Shown here: positions 1 to 9,200 of the stretch, piece after piece
How the letters are laid out: every line of letters begins with the position of its first letter
Numbering within the stretch: position 1 is the first letter of the stretch
DNA from: a virus
Reading direction: 5' to 3' (one strand)
UHGV virus genome: UHGV-0113213
Length of the DNA: 52,407 bases
The notes under the pieces: generated by a model
Told to the model about the DNA's origin: nothing
Database searches by the model: none
Seen by the model: the letters and a program-made list of their open reading frames with translations, nothing else
Position numbers and translations under genes: made by a program

Positions 1-544
1 TATCCAGCGAATCATTAAAGGGTATCCACACATCCGGCAGCGGCTGTAAAACATACGCGTAAGGCTGCGCCGTCTGATTGGCGTATTCGTGGGCTTCGTC
101 TCTGTATGTCTTAGCTGAATCGGCTGCGCTTGTCGCTGTTGTTGCAGCGTTGGTTGCAGTGGTAGCTGATTGTGATGCTAATTTTGAGGCTGAAATCACA
201 TCTTTGTTGTCGCTAAAAAATTCAACTGCGTCCGCTATTTCTGATTCTTTGCCCTGATAGTAACGCAGTGTTTCGGCTACATCCTGAGCAAGACCATCCA
301 CAGAGATCGAATCTGAAAGCAGGATACTAAATTTAGTTCCAGCCGGAATAGCAGGACTTGCCGCAGGTGTTACTGATAAACTTGTTGCGCTTTTTACCTC
401 TGTGATTGAGAAAATCTGCACCGGATTGCTAATGGCAATAAGGGTGCAACCAACCCTGATCAGAGATAATGCGGCATTGAATTCAGTCCCCGTTCCGGTA
501 ACTGTTTTTCCGCTAACGGCTATCGTGCCTGTTGTGTAAATCAT
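1..544 (-). CDS. Side tail fibre protein, N-terminal ~180 aa (gene runs off the window start)
   Basis: Minus-strand frame open from ATG at 542-544 (GGAG RBS upstream) to window edge; Ala/Thr/Ser-rich N-terminal region typical of lambdoid side fibres; located immediately downstream of J. Confidence 0.55.
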   Translation of the reverse strand, partial: MIYTTGTIAVSGKTVTGTGTEFNAALSLIRVGCTLIAISNPVQIFSITEVKSATSLSVTPAASPAIPAGTKFSILLSDSISVDGLAQDVAETLRYYQGKESEIADAVEFFSDNKDVISASKLASQSATTATNAATTATSAADSAKTYRDEAHEYANQTAQPYAYVLQPLPDVWIPFNDSLD

Positions 545-589
545 CGCAATGACTCCATTATGTTAATTAACCTGGTAATTTTACCATTT

Positions 590-624
590 TGTGATCTGTG
601 TTACATTTCTGGCTTATACAAAAT
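590..624 (+). promoter_or_regulatory. CRP-like palindrome TGTGATCTGTGTTACA (590-605) followed by TACAAAATG element (612-624); candidate promoter region for lipoprotein moron
   Basis: Match to TGTGA-N6-TCACA consensus read directly; same element pair recurs upstream of other morons; -35/-10 not cleanly assignable here. Confidence 0.35.
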
Positions 625-721
625 GTATTTATTGATTTATATCAATATCCGAAATGTTGTTTTGTCGGATATTTAAGCCACCGGATGAACCTGGCGAGCT
701 AACGAGAATGGGGATTCAAAA

Positions 722-970
722 ATGAAAAACATGCTCAAAGTGGTATTATTCGCTGCGGCTGTTGCTCTTACTGGTTGTGCTGTTGACAAAGATGCTGCAT
801 TGCACAACCTGCCAAATAGCGGAGTAATTCCTCAAGAAATTGTCTATGATGCTAATGGTCATCTTGTCTATGACACTGAAAAACTTCCATATACTGGTCA
901 ATGGTGTCATGAACTAGATCACAATATGCGCCGCATCGGTAGCCCGTCGAATTGTGTAGCTAACTACTAA
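722..970 (+). CDS. Small lipoprotein (82 aa), opposite-strand moron between side fibre and J; candidate superinfection-exclusion lipoprotein
   Basis: N-terminal signal peptide with lipobox LTGC (MKNMLKVVLFAAAVALTGCA); own terminator; position analogous to Cor/Llp-type lipoprotein morons near tail fibre genes. Confidence 0.65.
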   Translation: MKNMLKVVLFAAAVALTGCAVDKDAALHNLPNSGVIPQEIVYDANGHLVYDTEKLPYTGQWCHELDHNMRRIGSPSNCVANY

Positions 971-976
971 AAGAAA

Positions 977-1002
977 ACCCCGCGCAAAGCGGGGTTATTT
1001 TT
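977..1002. terminator. Bidirectional rho-independent terminator between lipoprotein moron and J
   Basis: GC stem CCCCGC...GCGGGG flanked by A-run on one side and T-run on the other. Confidence 0.7.
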
Positions 1003-4000
1003 ATGACCACGATCCAGAGCTTCTTGTGACAAGGACTAGGCCTGGTCTCCTTATTGCCGCTGATGATGTATTTGTGTAGTTTTCTGTAACAGTTACGGAA
1101 ACATGCTGAGATGTAATACCTGAAACACAATGAACGGCAACGTCTGACTTGTGGGGCGTTGATGCCGCCCTTTCTATGTCTATAGTCTTTGAATTTCCGT
1201 TAATGTTTATGGTTACGTTAATGCGTCCCGACTGGTTATATGTATAGTAAGCAAGGTTATAAGGTATCATTACATAAACCGTTTTCGATAAAGCAGATGA
1301 TGATGAATCCCAATAATTTTTGGTTACACTCCTGCTACCTGACCCTGATTGCGCAGGGAATGTTGCCTCTGGAATTACTGACATACTCGCAACGTCACCA
1401 ACAAAGGATGTAGCTTCTACAGTGCCTCTGAATTTACCGTCAGTCGCGTAAACAGTACCGTTAAACACACCAGAATTAGCGTATACCGTGCCGCGTACTG
1501 TAACGTTGTTAAATGTAGCCCAGCCATCTTTAACTATTGCCCAACCTTGATCGCTACCGTTCCAATTGTATGACGTTATGACATTGCCTATTTTTGCATT
1601 GTCGATTGAACCGTCTTTAATAAACGCTTCGCGCACATACATTGCGCCGTTAGTGACATAGAAAGGTGTCTGATATGTGCCGTTTGCGGCAGTCATTAAC
1701 ACGAATCGGTCAACAAGGAAAATGCACTGCGATTGAACATCAGTACCGCTGCCAGTGAGGCCAAGTGACATTCCTGTTGCGTATTTCATACCGTTGTTAT
1801 CAGTGGCAATCTTGATTGAATATGACGCATCAACGTTACCTTTAAAATCGGTTAACGCTTTCGATGTTGTCTCGATCGCTGTTGTGTTTCCGTTAACGGT
1901 CACTTTCAATTGATCAATTTTTGTCGATAATGCCTCATCTGCCGTTGACATGGCCTGCGACCATTCCGTGATGCTTGAGTTTACATCGTCGAAAGATGCC
2001 GATATTTGAACAAATTTTTCAGCACTTGATGCCTCGTGAGTTGCGAGCGCCGTTGATATATCTGTTATTTTTGCTGAAATGTTTTCATTAATATTGGCTT
2101 CAAGTGATGCTATAGCCTCCGCGCGGGCCTGTGTTTCGTCTGCTATTGCTGTGTCAATCCTTGCTATTTCCGCTTTTGTTTTTATCTGGCCTTTCCTGTA
2201 TTTTGCCTCAATAACGGTGCTCATCTTGCTTTGCGCTATTGAGTTGTTGATAAGTGCAATCGAGGCGTTTTGCAGACTTGCTTTCGCCTGTTCTATCTTG
2301 TCACTGTTTTTATCAACATCACTTTCAACAGAACCAAGCTCCGCACTGATGCCTGATATTGCCTGGGCGCGAGCGCTTGATTCGTCGGCGATAGCTTGAT
2401 CAAGGCGGCTAACACTGGCATTTGTGCTATTTTCAAGCGTTGTTAAATCAGCTTTAACATCTGTTATTGCGTCGCTTCTTGCCTGCGTTTCATCTGATAT
2501 TGCTTTATCGAGACGAGAAACGCTCGCGTCAGTTTTGTTTTCCAGGCTGCTGATACTGGCGTTAACGTTGCTTATAGCCTCCGTTCTAGCCTGCGTTTCG
2601 GTTGCGATTGCTTTGTCAACGCGGGCGATTTCCCCTTTGGTGCTGGAGTCCATTGCGTTCATTTCTGCTGTGATGGTTTCCAGTGATTCCGCTGTCGCTT
2701 TTTTCTCATCTGCGATAACGTTGTCGATACGGTCAATCTGTGCCTTTGTTTCGTTGCGACCTTTCTTATATTGAGCGGTAAGAGTAACCCGCGTGTTAGT
2801 TTGAGCAAGCGAGTTGTTGATCAGAGCAAGCGAAGCGTTTTGTAAACTTGCTTTTGTCTGTGCCAGTTCGTTATTAACGTTTTCGTTTGATACCTCTAAT
2901 GAGTCTATTCTTACCTCATGTTTGCCTATTCCATCGGCGTTTTCTTCGACTTTTTTATAAAGGTCTTCGGTGTCTTTTTTAAGTGTATCTGTATCAGCTT
3001 TAAGGCCATCTGTAGCTGTTTTAAGGTCGGCGGTTGCTGTTTTAAGGTCGGCGGTTGCGCTTTCTATAATATCAGTGCGATCACCAAGATCCTTAATATC
3101 ACTTACCAATTCCTTAAATTGCTCTGAGTTCATCACGTCTTTGGTGACATAGTCGCTGATTTCATCGAAGTTTTCAGTTGGCTTACCTGACGCCTCAACG
3201 AAGTCTGACACGCCAAAGGCATTGCGCGTGCGCACATAAACGTAATAAGTATGGCCCGTGTTCATTCCACCGAACGTCCACTGATACCCGCGCCCGGTAA
3301 ACTGCGCAGACGTGGTTATTTTTGCAGGATCTGTAATCTGGTTTTTCCCTGCATAGTAGAACTCATACGCTGTATCAGTTGTTAGCGTTGTTTTGCTTAT
3401 CGGGTACACTGTAGCCTGAAATACACCTGGAACCCAGTTAACGCCTATTGGCGAGGCTGGTGCACCAATAACAAGATCAACAATACTTTCAGCGCCCTTC
3501 ATGCCAGTATCATTTCTTCCGCGAACGCCTAACGAATACGCGCCAGCGTCGATGCCATAAAAATCATAACTGTATTTCGTTGTTTCGTAGCTTTTAACAA
3601 CCGCACCATCTGTGTTATATATGCGGATCTCAAAGGTCATGCGATGTGTTGTTGTCTGTGTCTCCCATGTTGCGCGGCATTGAACCGTTTCAGATCCAAT
3701 GTTTACCACCTTCAGATTTTCAATGCTCGGCACGCGGAAGTGATTAAGCGTGTCGTTGTTGATTTCAAATATAGCGCCTTCATCGACTACTGCTTGTTTG
3801 TTCGGGTCATGTTGCGCTGCTTCGATGGTGTACACGCTGTTGTTTTCAGTTTCTGCTACGCTGATGATTCGACATAAAACGGGTTTTGCAGATTCGGTTG
3901 ATACAGCAAAAACAGTACCGTTCCGAATCCATGCCGGGGCTGCTGCCAGTGTGATTTTGTTCCCGTTAACACCAGTGATCTGATGTTTTTTAAATTTGCC

Positions 4001-5578
4001 ATCGCCATCAAGTAAACTGATGGTGTCGCCTGCTGCAATGTATTCTGAATCGACTTTATCGACCGTTATCACTTTCCCATTGTTCGCCACGATACGACCG
4101 CCTAAACGCGCGCCTGCGCGGTTATTGTCGAGGATCTCGATTATATCCCCTGGCGTAAAGTGAATCGCATCACGGGCCATTTTAAACGTGAATTTTGACG
4201 GCTCGCGTTTTGCTGTTTCTATCAGCCATTTACCAGCGCGGTGCGCTTGCCCGCGTGAAGTGCACCCGAACGCCTCCAACGTGGTTTCGTTATAACCATC
4301 ACGGGCGATTAGCTCATCATCTGCCACATACTCTTTTGATTGCTCCCAGCCGTTTTCCGGGTCAGTCCATGATACAATCACGGCGTTGTAGCATTCTGCT
4401 CGGGCGATACTTGAACGAGTGAACGCACCATCAACGACGTTTGCGTTTGTGATGGTGGCGATCGGGTCTTGTGGCGCATCAATCATCACGGTAAGGCGTT
4501 GTCCGTCCCATAACGCGATGCCTCGGAACATCCCGGCGATATTGTCCAGTAAATCGCGGGCGCTCATTTGCTCTGTAATGTAAGCATTAAGCGTCATGCG
4601 AGGCTCAAGGCCACCGTAACCATCATCAACCAACTGGTCGCAGTATCGGGAGAGCGTATATAATGCGCCGTCGTCAACGTCAATATAGCCAGCATGGCGG
4701 GCAAGACCGAAACGCTCGTTTTTAACCAGGTAACGGAAGATCCACGCGGGGTTATTGGTGTACGCCTTCTTGAAGCCGCCAAGCCACAAACCGGAATAAG
4801 TGCGCGTTTCCGGGCTATAGTTATCAGGAACGTCAACAATCAGCCCGCGCAGGTGATAAGTGCGGGTAGGTGTATCAGTGTACTGATCATGATCAATAAC
4901 CGCGCCAGCTACAGCTGTGTGGGGATATGACAAATTATCGTCGATTATTTCGCTGTAACTACTCCATCTCGTATCATTCTGCAATAGATCGCTTGTGCTA
5001 TCGGCCGTTACACGGCGAACGCGAATATCAAACGGCTTTTCATCTGGTGCATTGATAATATGCGCTTCAAGATATTCTCCTCTGATCTTGCCGGGGCCTA
5101 TAGTGACATCTTTAACAAGCGTCCACGTAGAAGAAGATGAAGGCTTGACATCAATCATCATCATAACCGATGTGTTATGTTGATTGCTTTGCTCGTCAGA
5201 TTGTACAAGTGAATCGACGCCGATATTCAGGCGAACGCGCGTAACGTTAGGATCTGATACAGTCCTGATTATTGGGGTATCGTGTTTCACCTGAGCGTTA
5301 ACAATAACGGTTGATTCAATGGCGTTAAAACCGTTAATAGGTGATTGATCTAACGTGCCGTTACGCCACGCCACGCTAACACCAGGGACACTTGTATTGC
5401 CGTTCGCGTCTGTAACAGGTGTATCATTAAGCATCACGCTATTTAATGGCGCTTTTGTATTTACAGGTCCATAAATCGGACCTTCAGAAATAATATCAAG
5501 TACACGATAAAATTGTTTATGGTATAGATTATCGTTAATTAAAGTCGGTGTTTTTGCTTTACCGCCGCCGCTACTCAT
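1001..5578 (-). CDS. J: Tail tip / host specificity protein J (central tail fibre), 1525 aa
   Basis: N-terminal ~830 aa and C-terminal ~300 aa resemble lambda J as recalled (e.g. LSVIDAISEGPI-like start, NGWE, AFGCTSRGQAHRAG motifs); follows I-K-L in lambda order. Confidence 0.9.
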   Translation of the reverse strand: MSSGGGKAKTPTLINDNLYHKQFYRVLDIISEGPIYGPVNTKAPLNSVMLNDTPVTDANGNTSVPGVSVAWRNGTLDQSPINGFNAIESTVIVNAQVKHDTPIIRTVSDPNVTRVRLNIGVDSLVQSDEQSNQHNTSVMMMIDVKPSSSSTWTLVKDVTIGPGKIRGEYLEAHIINAPDEKPFDIRVRRVTADSTSDLLQNDTRWSSYSEIIDDNLSYPHTAVAGAVIDHDQYTDTPTRTYHLRGLIVDVPDNYSPETRTYSGLWLGGFKKAYTNNPAWIFRYLVKNERFGLARHAGYIDVDDGALYTLSRYCDQLVDDGYGGLEPRMTLNAYITEQMSARDLLDNIAGMFRGIALWDGQRLTVMIDAPQDPIATITNANVVDGAFTRSSIARAECYNAVIVSWTDPENGWEQSKEYVADDELIARDGYNETTLEAFGCTSRGQAHRAGKWLIETAKREPSKFTFKMARDAIHFTPGDIIEILDNNRAGARLGGRIVANNGKVITVDKVDSEYIAAGDTISLLDGDGKFKKHQITGVNGNKITLAAAPAWIRNGTVFAVSTESAKPVLCRIISVAETENNSVYTIEAAQHDPNKQAVVDEGAIFEINNDTLNHFRVPSIENLKVVNIGSETVQCRATWETQTTTHRMTFEIRIYNTDGAVVKSYETTKYSYDFYGIDAGAYSLGVRGRNDTGMKGAESIVDLVIGAPASPIGVNWVPGVFQATVYPISKTTLTTDTAYEFYYAGKNQITDPAKITTSAQFTGRGYQWTFGGMNTGHTYYVYVRTRNAFGVSDFVEASGKPTENFDEISDYVTKDVMNSEQFKELVSDIKDLGDRTDIIESATADLKTATADLKTATDGLKADTDTLKKDTEDLYKKVEENADGIGKHEVRIDSLEVSNENVNNELAQTKASLQNASLALINNSLAQTNTRVTLTAQYKKGRNETKAQIDRIDNVIADEKKATAESLETITAEMNAMDSSTKGEIARVDKAIATETQARTEAISNVNASISSLENKTDASVSRLDKAISDETQARSDAITDVKADLTTLENSTNASVSRLDQAIADESSARAQAISGISAELGSVESDVDKNSDKIEQAKASLQNASIALINNSIAQSKMSTVIEAKYRKGQIKTKAEIARIDTAIADETQARAEAIASLEANINENISAKITDISTALATHEASSAEKFVQISASFDDVNSSITEWSQAMSTADEALSTKIDQLKVTVNGNTTAIETTSKALTDFKGNVDASYSIKIATDNNGMKYATGMSLGLTGSGTDVQSQCIFLVDRFVLMTAANGTYQTPFYVTNGAMYVREAFIKDGSIDNAKIGNVITSYNWNGSDQGWAIVKDGWATFNNVTVRGTVYANSGVFNGTVYATDGKFRGTVEATSFVGDVASMSVIPEATFPAQSGSGSRSVTKNYWDSSSSALSKTVYVMIPYNLAYYTYNQSGRINVTININGNSKTIDIERAASTPHKSDVAVHCVSGITSQHVSVTVTENYTNTSSAAIRRPGLVLVTRSSGSWS
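2080..3080. repeat. In-frame tandem repeat region inside J (approx 100-bp units plus short 21-bp direct repeats) encoding coiled-coil heptad-like repeats
   Basis: Repeated DNA units e.g. GCCTGCGTTTC.TC.G.TATTGCTTT at ~2130, 2480, 2590; protein repeats ETQAR..AI and TATADLKTATADLK; internal duplication ASLQNAS(L/I)ALINNS(L/I)AQ. Confidence 0.5.
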
Positions 5579-5592
5579 GGTTAATTCTCCTG

Positions 5593-6123
5593 TTAACTTA
5601 CAACGTCTAAGGCGTCTTTATTGTTTGTTGTGTCTATGCCTAACGATCCGACGTTTGAACCTACTTTCATTTCTCCTAATAGGATTGGCACTGGTCTACC
5701 CTGTCCTACCCTGTTTTCTATGCTGGTGTAAGTGTTATTAGTTATGGTGTTATCCTGCGCGCTTTCTGATGATGTTTTTACCTTCATGTTGCGAGACATA
5801 AAAATAGAAAAAGCGACGCTGACAACTGATATACCAATCATAATCCAGCCAATCACACCAATACCTGCAATACCACCTTCAACTATTGGCGCAATAATTA
5901 CCGTAGTTCCATCTGGATATTTGCTATTAACAGCCGCTGGCGCGGTCTTTTCGTTGTAATCTTTCCCGGCAATTCGTAAGCGCAAAGGTGTATTTAAAAA
6001 CGCCTTTTTAAATTCCTGATTCTGCGCGGTCAATAAGCGAAGCCCTTGCGCTGGCGTTTCAACGTTTAAACACACTTTGCTGTAATATCTTCGAAGATTG
6101 CCCGTAAATCTAAATTTGAGCAT
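5593..6123 (-). CDS. I: Tail assembly protein I
   Basis: 176 aa with C-terminal hydrophobic Gly-rich segment and conserved end (ILLGEMKVGSNV) like lambda I; between K and J. Confidence 0.75.
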   Translation of the reverse strand: MLKFRFTGNLRRYYSKVCLNVETPAQGLRLLTAQNQEFKKAFLNTPLRLRIAGKDYNEKTAPAAVNSKYPDGTTVIIAPIVEGGIAGIGVIGWIMIGISVVSVAFSIFMSRNMKVKTSSESAQDNTITNNTYTSIENRVGQGRPVPILLGEMKVGSNVGSLGIDTTNNKDALDVVS

Positions 6124-6797
6124 TTATCAGATCTCCATATTGAATGCGTTTGTCGAACATAAGCAGGCCGCATTTGCTCGCGGCGGCTTAATAATCCGGC
6201 ATGGTCATGATGCAAAACCGTGTTATCACCCAGGTAAATCATTGCGTGACACGGGTCAGCGCCTTTGAATGGCTGGCGAATGATCACATCACCAGGCTGT
6301 ATGCTTTGCGCATCAACCTGATAAAACCCGTTCAATGGCAGGTTTTTTAAATACAGGTTTTCACCGCGAAGCCACCAGCCATCAAGGCGCTCGAAGTCAG
6401 GCAGATCTACACCGCAAAGGTGATATGCGTCGCGGAAAAGCGCGTAACAGTCTGTCGTTCCGTGTACGAATTTACGGCCTAGCAGGTGCGCAACCGGACG
6501 GAATTTCCTGATCTTGCCGCCGGAATATAAAAACCAGGGTAGCCCGGAAATAACCTGTTGCTGTCGATCCCGCGCTGACAATACAGGAATATCACCAACG
6601 TGGGAGTGGAAAACGGCGGTTATAACGCCCAATTCGTCCGCCTTGATGTAATCGTCCGGCGAAATCTTGAAGCTGTTGTAAGGCGTTTCAGACACGTTAG
6701 CGCACGGGTAAAAATACTCGTTATCTATTACAAGTCCGCAAACTTCCTCAAACGGATGCGCGGCGGCATAACGCGACATTTTGTCTTCCATCCCCAT
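6066..6797 (-). CDS. K: Tail assembly protein K (MPN/JAMM plus NlpC/P60-like domains)
   Basis: Motifs HSHVGD (JAMM-like) and Cys-containing NlpC/P60-like C-terminus; start moved to ATG at 6795-6797, 2 nt after L stop; overlaps I start as in lambda. Confidence 0.8.
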   Translation of the reverse strand: MGMEDKMSRYAAAHPFEEVCGLVIDNEYFYPCANVSETPYNSFKISPDDYIKADELGVITAVFHSHVGDIPVLSARDRQQQVISGLPWFLYSGGKIRKFRPVAHLLGRKFVHGTTDCYALFRDAYHLCGVDLPDFERLDGWWLRGENLYLKNLPLNGFYQVDAQSIQPGDVIIRQPFKGADPCHAMIYLGDNTVLHHDHAGLLSRREQMRPAYVRQTHSIWRSDKCSNLDLRAIFEDITAKCV

Positions 6798-6799
6798 GA

Positions 6800-7504
6800 T
6801 TAACCTACCTTGCTGGAACCAGGGAAACAGGAGATCGGCAGTGCTGCCGGACGCGGGAAACGCAAACGGCAACCGCTAAGGCGGTGGCTGCATTTGTCTA
6901 ACGTTGGGTCACTTGTTGGTGTATCTTTATCAGTTGCGACCGGGCCGCCAGAATACATGCACCCGTCGCCTCTGTATTGCCACTGACAAACGTCAGCAAG
7001 GATGGTGCGCCCTGGGATAACGGCTTTATCTGCATCAATTGGCGTTGACAATTCATATTGCACCTGATCCGCTGTTTCTTCGCTCATTGCTTCAACGACG
7101 TAAAAAGATACAGCCTCAATAGATGGATCTGCGTCTGGATTGCCGTTAGGGAAGTTAACGGCGTCCAGGTATTTAACCTCCACCTGGCGGCGCGTAACCT
7201 TCATGCCTCTTAGGTCGTTGAAATCGTTATTCATCCCCGTAATGAGTCCGCCGATGTTGGCTACAACCATTTGAGGGCGCGAATAAACGCCTTCGTTTTT
7301 CATTTCGAAGCCAGTAGCCTCGATCGGGTAGCTGTTGTAAGCCACACCCTTCCAGATAACCGGGCCGTAATAGCCATTCGCGCCGGAATGGAAGCGGATA
7401 ACCTCGCCACCCAGGGGCGTGAGGTCTAATTCAAACAAGTCAATTACCGCGCCGACTCCGGCATCGACGGAATCAATAATCATTTCTCTCGGAATATTGC
7501 GCAT
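6800..7504 (-). CDS. L: Minor tail protein L
   Basis: 234 aa; similarity to lambda L as recalled (VTGM, VRRKV, RFLDAVNF-like, FPGR, C-x-W-x-YRGD-C, CSKxLSGC motifs). Confidence 0.85.
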   Translation of the reverse strand: MRNIPREMIIDSVDAGVGAVIDLFELDLTPLGGEVIRFHSGANGYYGPVIWKGVAYNSYPIEATGFEMKNEGVYSRPQMVVANIGGLITGMNNDFNDLRGMKVTRRQVEVKYLDAVNFPNGNPDADPSIEAVSFYVVEAMSEETADQVQYELSTPIDADKAVIPGRTILADVCQWQYRGDGCMYSGGPVATDKDTPTSDPTLDKCSHRLSGCRLRFPRPAALPISCFPGSSKVG

Positions 7505-7522
7505 TTTCTCACCTTGTCATTC

Positions 7523-7587
7523 TGTGATCTGCGTCACGCTAAATCATACCAAAATGGATTGATCGCGGTTTTTACAATATGTATATT
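7523..7587 (+). promoter_or_regulatory. Moron promoter: CRP-like site TGTGATCTGCGTCACG (7523-7538), TACCAAAATGGA element, -35 TTGATC (7559-7564), 17-bp spacer, -10 TATATT (7582-7587)
   Basis: Hexamers and spacing read directly; CRP-like centre ~63 bp upstream of predicted start site (class I-like position). Confidence 0.5.
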
Positions 7588-7633
7588 TTACTCAAACGGA
7601 AGCATAGTTAACAAAATGGCGCGGAGGTGCGTT

Positions 7634-7822
7634 ATGACTGAAAAGCTATGGAAGTTGACGGTATTCATGACAGACGGTAGGGAAAAGGTTATCGCCCTGT
7701 ATGACGACGAGGGTGAAGCATTGGTTGACGCGCTTTTACTTGCTGAGGATGACCGCCTTTTGGGATACCAGATCGAACCTGTCAAATATGAGGCTAACAA
7801 AAATGAAAAAATACAGTCTTGA
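7634..7822 (+). CDS. Small acidic protein (62 aa), moron gene 1 between L and M
   Basis: ATG with GGAGGTG RBS; strongly acidic composition (DDEGEALVDALLLAEDD); opposite strand to tail operon. Confidence 0.6.
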   Translation: MTEKLWKLTVFMTDGREKVIALYDDEGEALVDALLLAEDDRLLGYQIEPVKYEANKNEKIQS

Positions 7823-8150
7823 TGTGTGGTTAAGTGGTAGCAAGGAGTGTTTCGGATTATTTGATAGCGAAGAAGTAGCCCTGGAAGAAGGCAGGATTCT
7901 TGAATGTAGTTTAGGCCATCCAGTGAAATATGCTGCTAATCCGGTACAGATAGTTGATGAGGTGGAAGATATGAACCCGAAAGATATTAATGGTAGCTTC
8001 ACTGCTTATTATGCAGATTCTATGGACCAGTCTTGCCCTGGTGAAATACACGCAAAAGGTTTCCCGGCTGACGATCCAGAAGCAAAACGCGAATACGAAA
8101 AAGCGGCGAAAGATTTCTGTATCGATAACCTTTCAGCATTCGATAAATAA
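7803..8150 (+). CDS. Acidic protein (115 aa), moron gene 2
   Basis: Start MKKYSL overlaps end of previous gene in another frame; acidic; no recognisable family. Confidence 0.6.
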   Translation: MKKYSLDVWLSGSKECFGLFDSEEVALEEGRILECSLGHPVKYAANPVQIVDEVEDMNPKDINGSFTAYYADSMDQSCPGEIHAKGFPADDPEAKREYEKAAKDFCIDNLSAFDK

Positions 8151-8159
8151 GGCGGCAAC

Positions 8160-8408
8160 ATGGGGCGGCGCAATCACGGTGATTATGTGTACACGTTGAA
8201 ACAGGCCGCCCGCCTCATCGGTTATCATGAACACGAATTTATTGATTTGCTGATTGAGCGCGGGATACTGTACCAGGTCTGTTTAACGCTGTACCCGAAA
8301 GCGAAATACCTACATGAAAAGTTATTCATCATCATGACGGATGAAAACCAGGTTAACCATTCATTCGTCACTGATAAGGGCGTTAATTATCTGCGTGATA
8401 ACTTATAG
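8160..8408 (+). CDS. Small protein (82 aa) with possible HTH (YTLKQAARLIGYHEHEFIDLLIERGIL), moron gene 3
   Basis: ORF 10 nt after previous stop; helix-turn-helix-like segment by eye. Confidence 0.5.
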   Translation: MGRRNHGDYVYTLKQAARLIGYHEHEFIDLLIERGILYQVCLTLYPKAKYLHEKLFIIMTDENQVNHSFVTDKGVNYLRDNL

Positions 8409-8530
8409 GTGACTGATTATAAAAATAAAAGTTTTGGCGCTAATAATAATGGGGTTGATAGTATTTGGCGTTCATGCTGTAGATCTGGACTGGAAAACGA
8501 TAGCAGAAAATATAGCATTAATGGAAATAG

Positions 8531-8568
8531 AATAAAAATAACCCCGCTTCGCGCGGGGTCGTGTTTAT
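8531..8568. terminator. Bidirectional terminator after moron cassette (stem CCCCGC/GCGGGG; stronger U-run on minus strand)
   Basis: Hairpin with A-run upstream and T-rich run downstream on plus strand. Confidence 0.55.
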
Positions 8569-8762
8569 ACGCCATCAACCAAAAATAAAACCTCCTTCCC
8601 TTCCCGGGATCTACACCCAACGTACCCATCACCAACGTCGTGAAGATACCATATATCGCCGTTGTCAGCTTTTACAGTAAGGTCGTTGATCTCATAGTCG
8701 TCAAACAATGTAAAAGCGTAAGTTTTGTCAACTACACAAGTCCCGTACATAACAACCCCCAT
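8565..8762 (-). CDS. Small protein (65 aa) inserted between M and L; member of the small paralog family seen at 28676-29581
   Basis: Start overlaps M stop (TAATG); shares C...F...Y and D-x-G-D-x-W-Y motif pattern with the tandem paralogs. Confidence 0.5.
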   Translation of the reverse strand: MGVVMYGTCVVDKTYAFTLFDDYEINDLTVKADNGDIWYLHDVGDGYVGCRSREGKEVLFLVDGV

Positions 8763-9115
8763 TAGCCAACAACTTGCTCAAACGTTGCGTTTAGCGTGTA
8801 CAAAGGCCCGTCTTTAGTCATACTCCATTGCCGACAGACAAAAAGCCTTTGCACGTTATCCATTGACGGCGACCAGTAAAAAGCCTCGACCGCGCCGCGC
8901 GCCCTCAAGAATGCTTCCGCCTGGATTGCTACGTTTCCACCATCACCACATCCGGCGCTACTGCCTTTAAACACCAGGGTGTAGCTATCAAGCAATGGAT
9001 TGATACCTTTTACCTGTCTTTGCTCATAACCATCGCCCAGCTTAACAACAGATACGTCTGGCTTCCTGGTCACGCTGTAGCTTCTTTGCGGCGTCCATCT
9101 GAACACTTCCGGCAT
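8762..9115 (-). CDS. M: Minor tail protein M
   Basis: 117 aa; FRW, GDGY.QR, ATFEQVV motifs as in lambda M; GGGGG RBS. Confidence 0.8.
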   Translation of the reverse strand: MPEVFRWTPQRSYSVTRKPDVSVVKLGDGYEQRQVKGINPLLDSYTLVFKGSSAGCGDGGNVAIQAEAFLRARGAVEAFYWSPSMDNVQRLFVCRQWSMTKDGPLYTLNATFEQVVG

Positions 9116-9150
9116 AAAACCCCCACAAGTTACATTTTGTATATATCTTT

Positions 9151-9178
9151 ACGCGCTTCTACGCGAAAAATAAGATCA
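9151..9178. repeat. TACGCG direct-repeat element TTTACGCGCTTCTACGCGAAAAATA (copy 1)
   Basis: Near-identical 25-27-bp copy at 21418-21445; both lie just upstream of minus-strand structural genes (M, portal). Confidence 0.6.
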
Positions 9179-9200
9179 TTGTCACAATGATTATAGCTAG

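Noticed and set aside
2079-3152. Plus-strand ORFs (2079-2399, 2424-2774, 2918-3127, 2970-3152) encoding Ala/Ser/Leu-rich hydrophobic proteins
   Set aside because: They lie antisense to the J repeat region, have no RBS, and their composition is a mirror artefact of the repetitive coding strand
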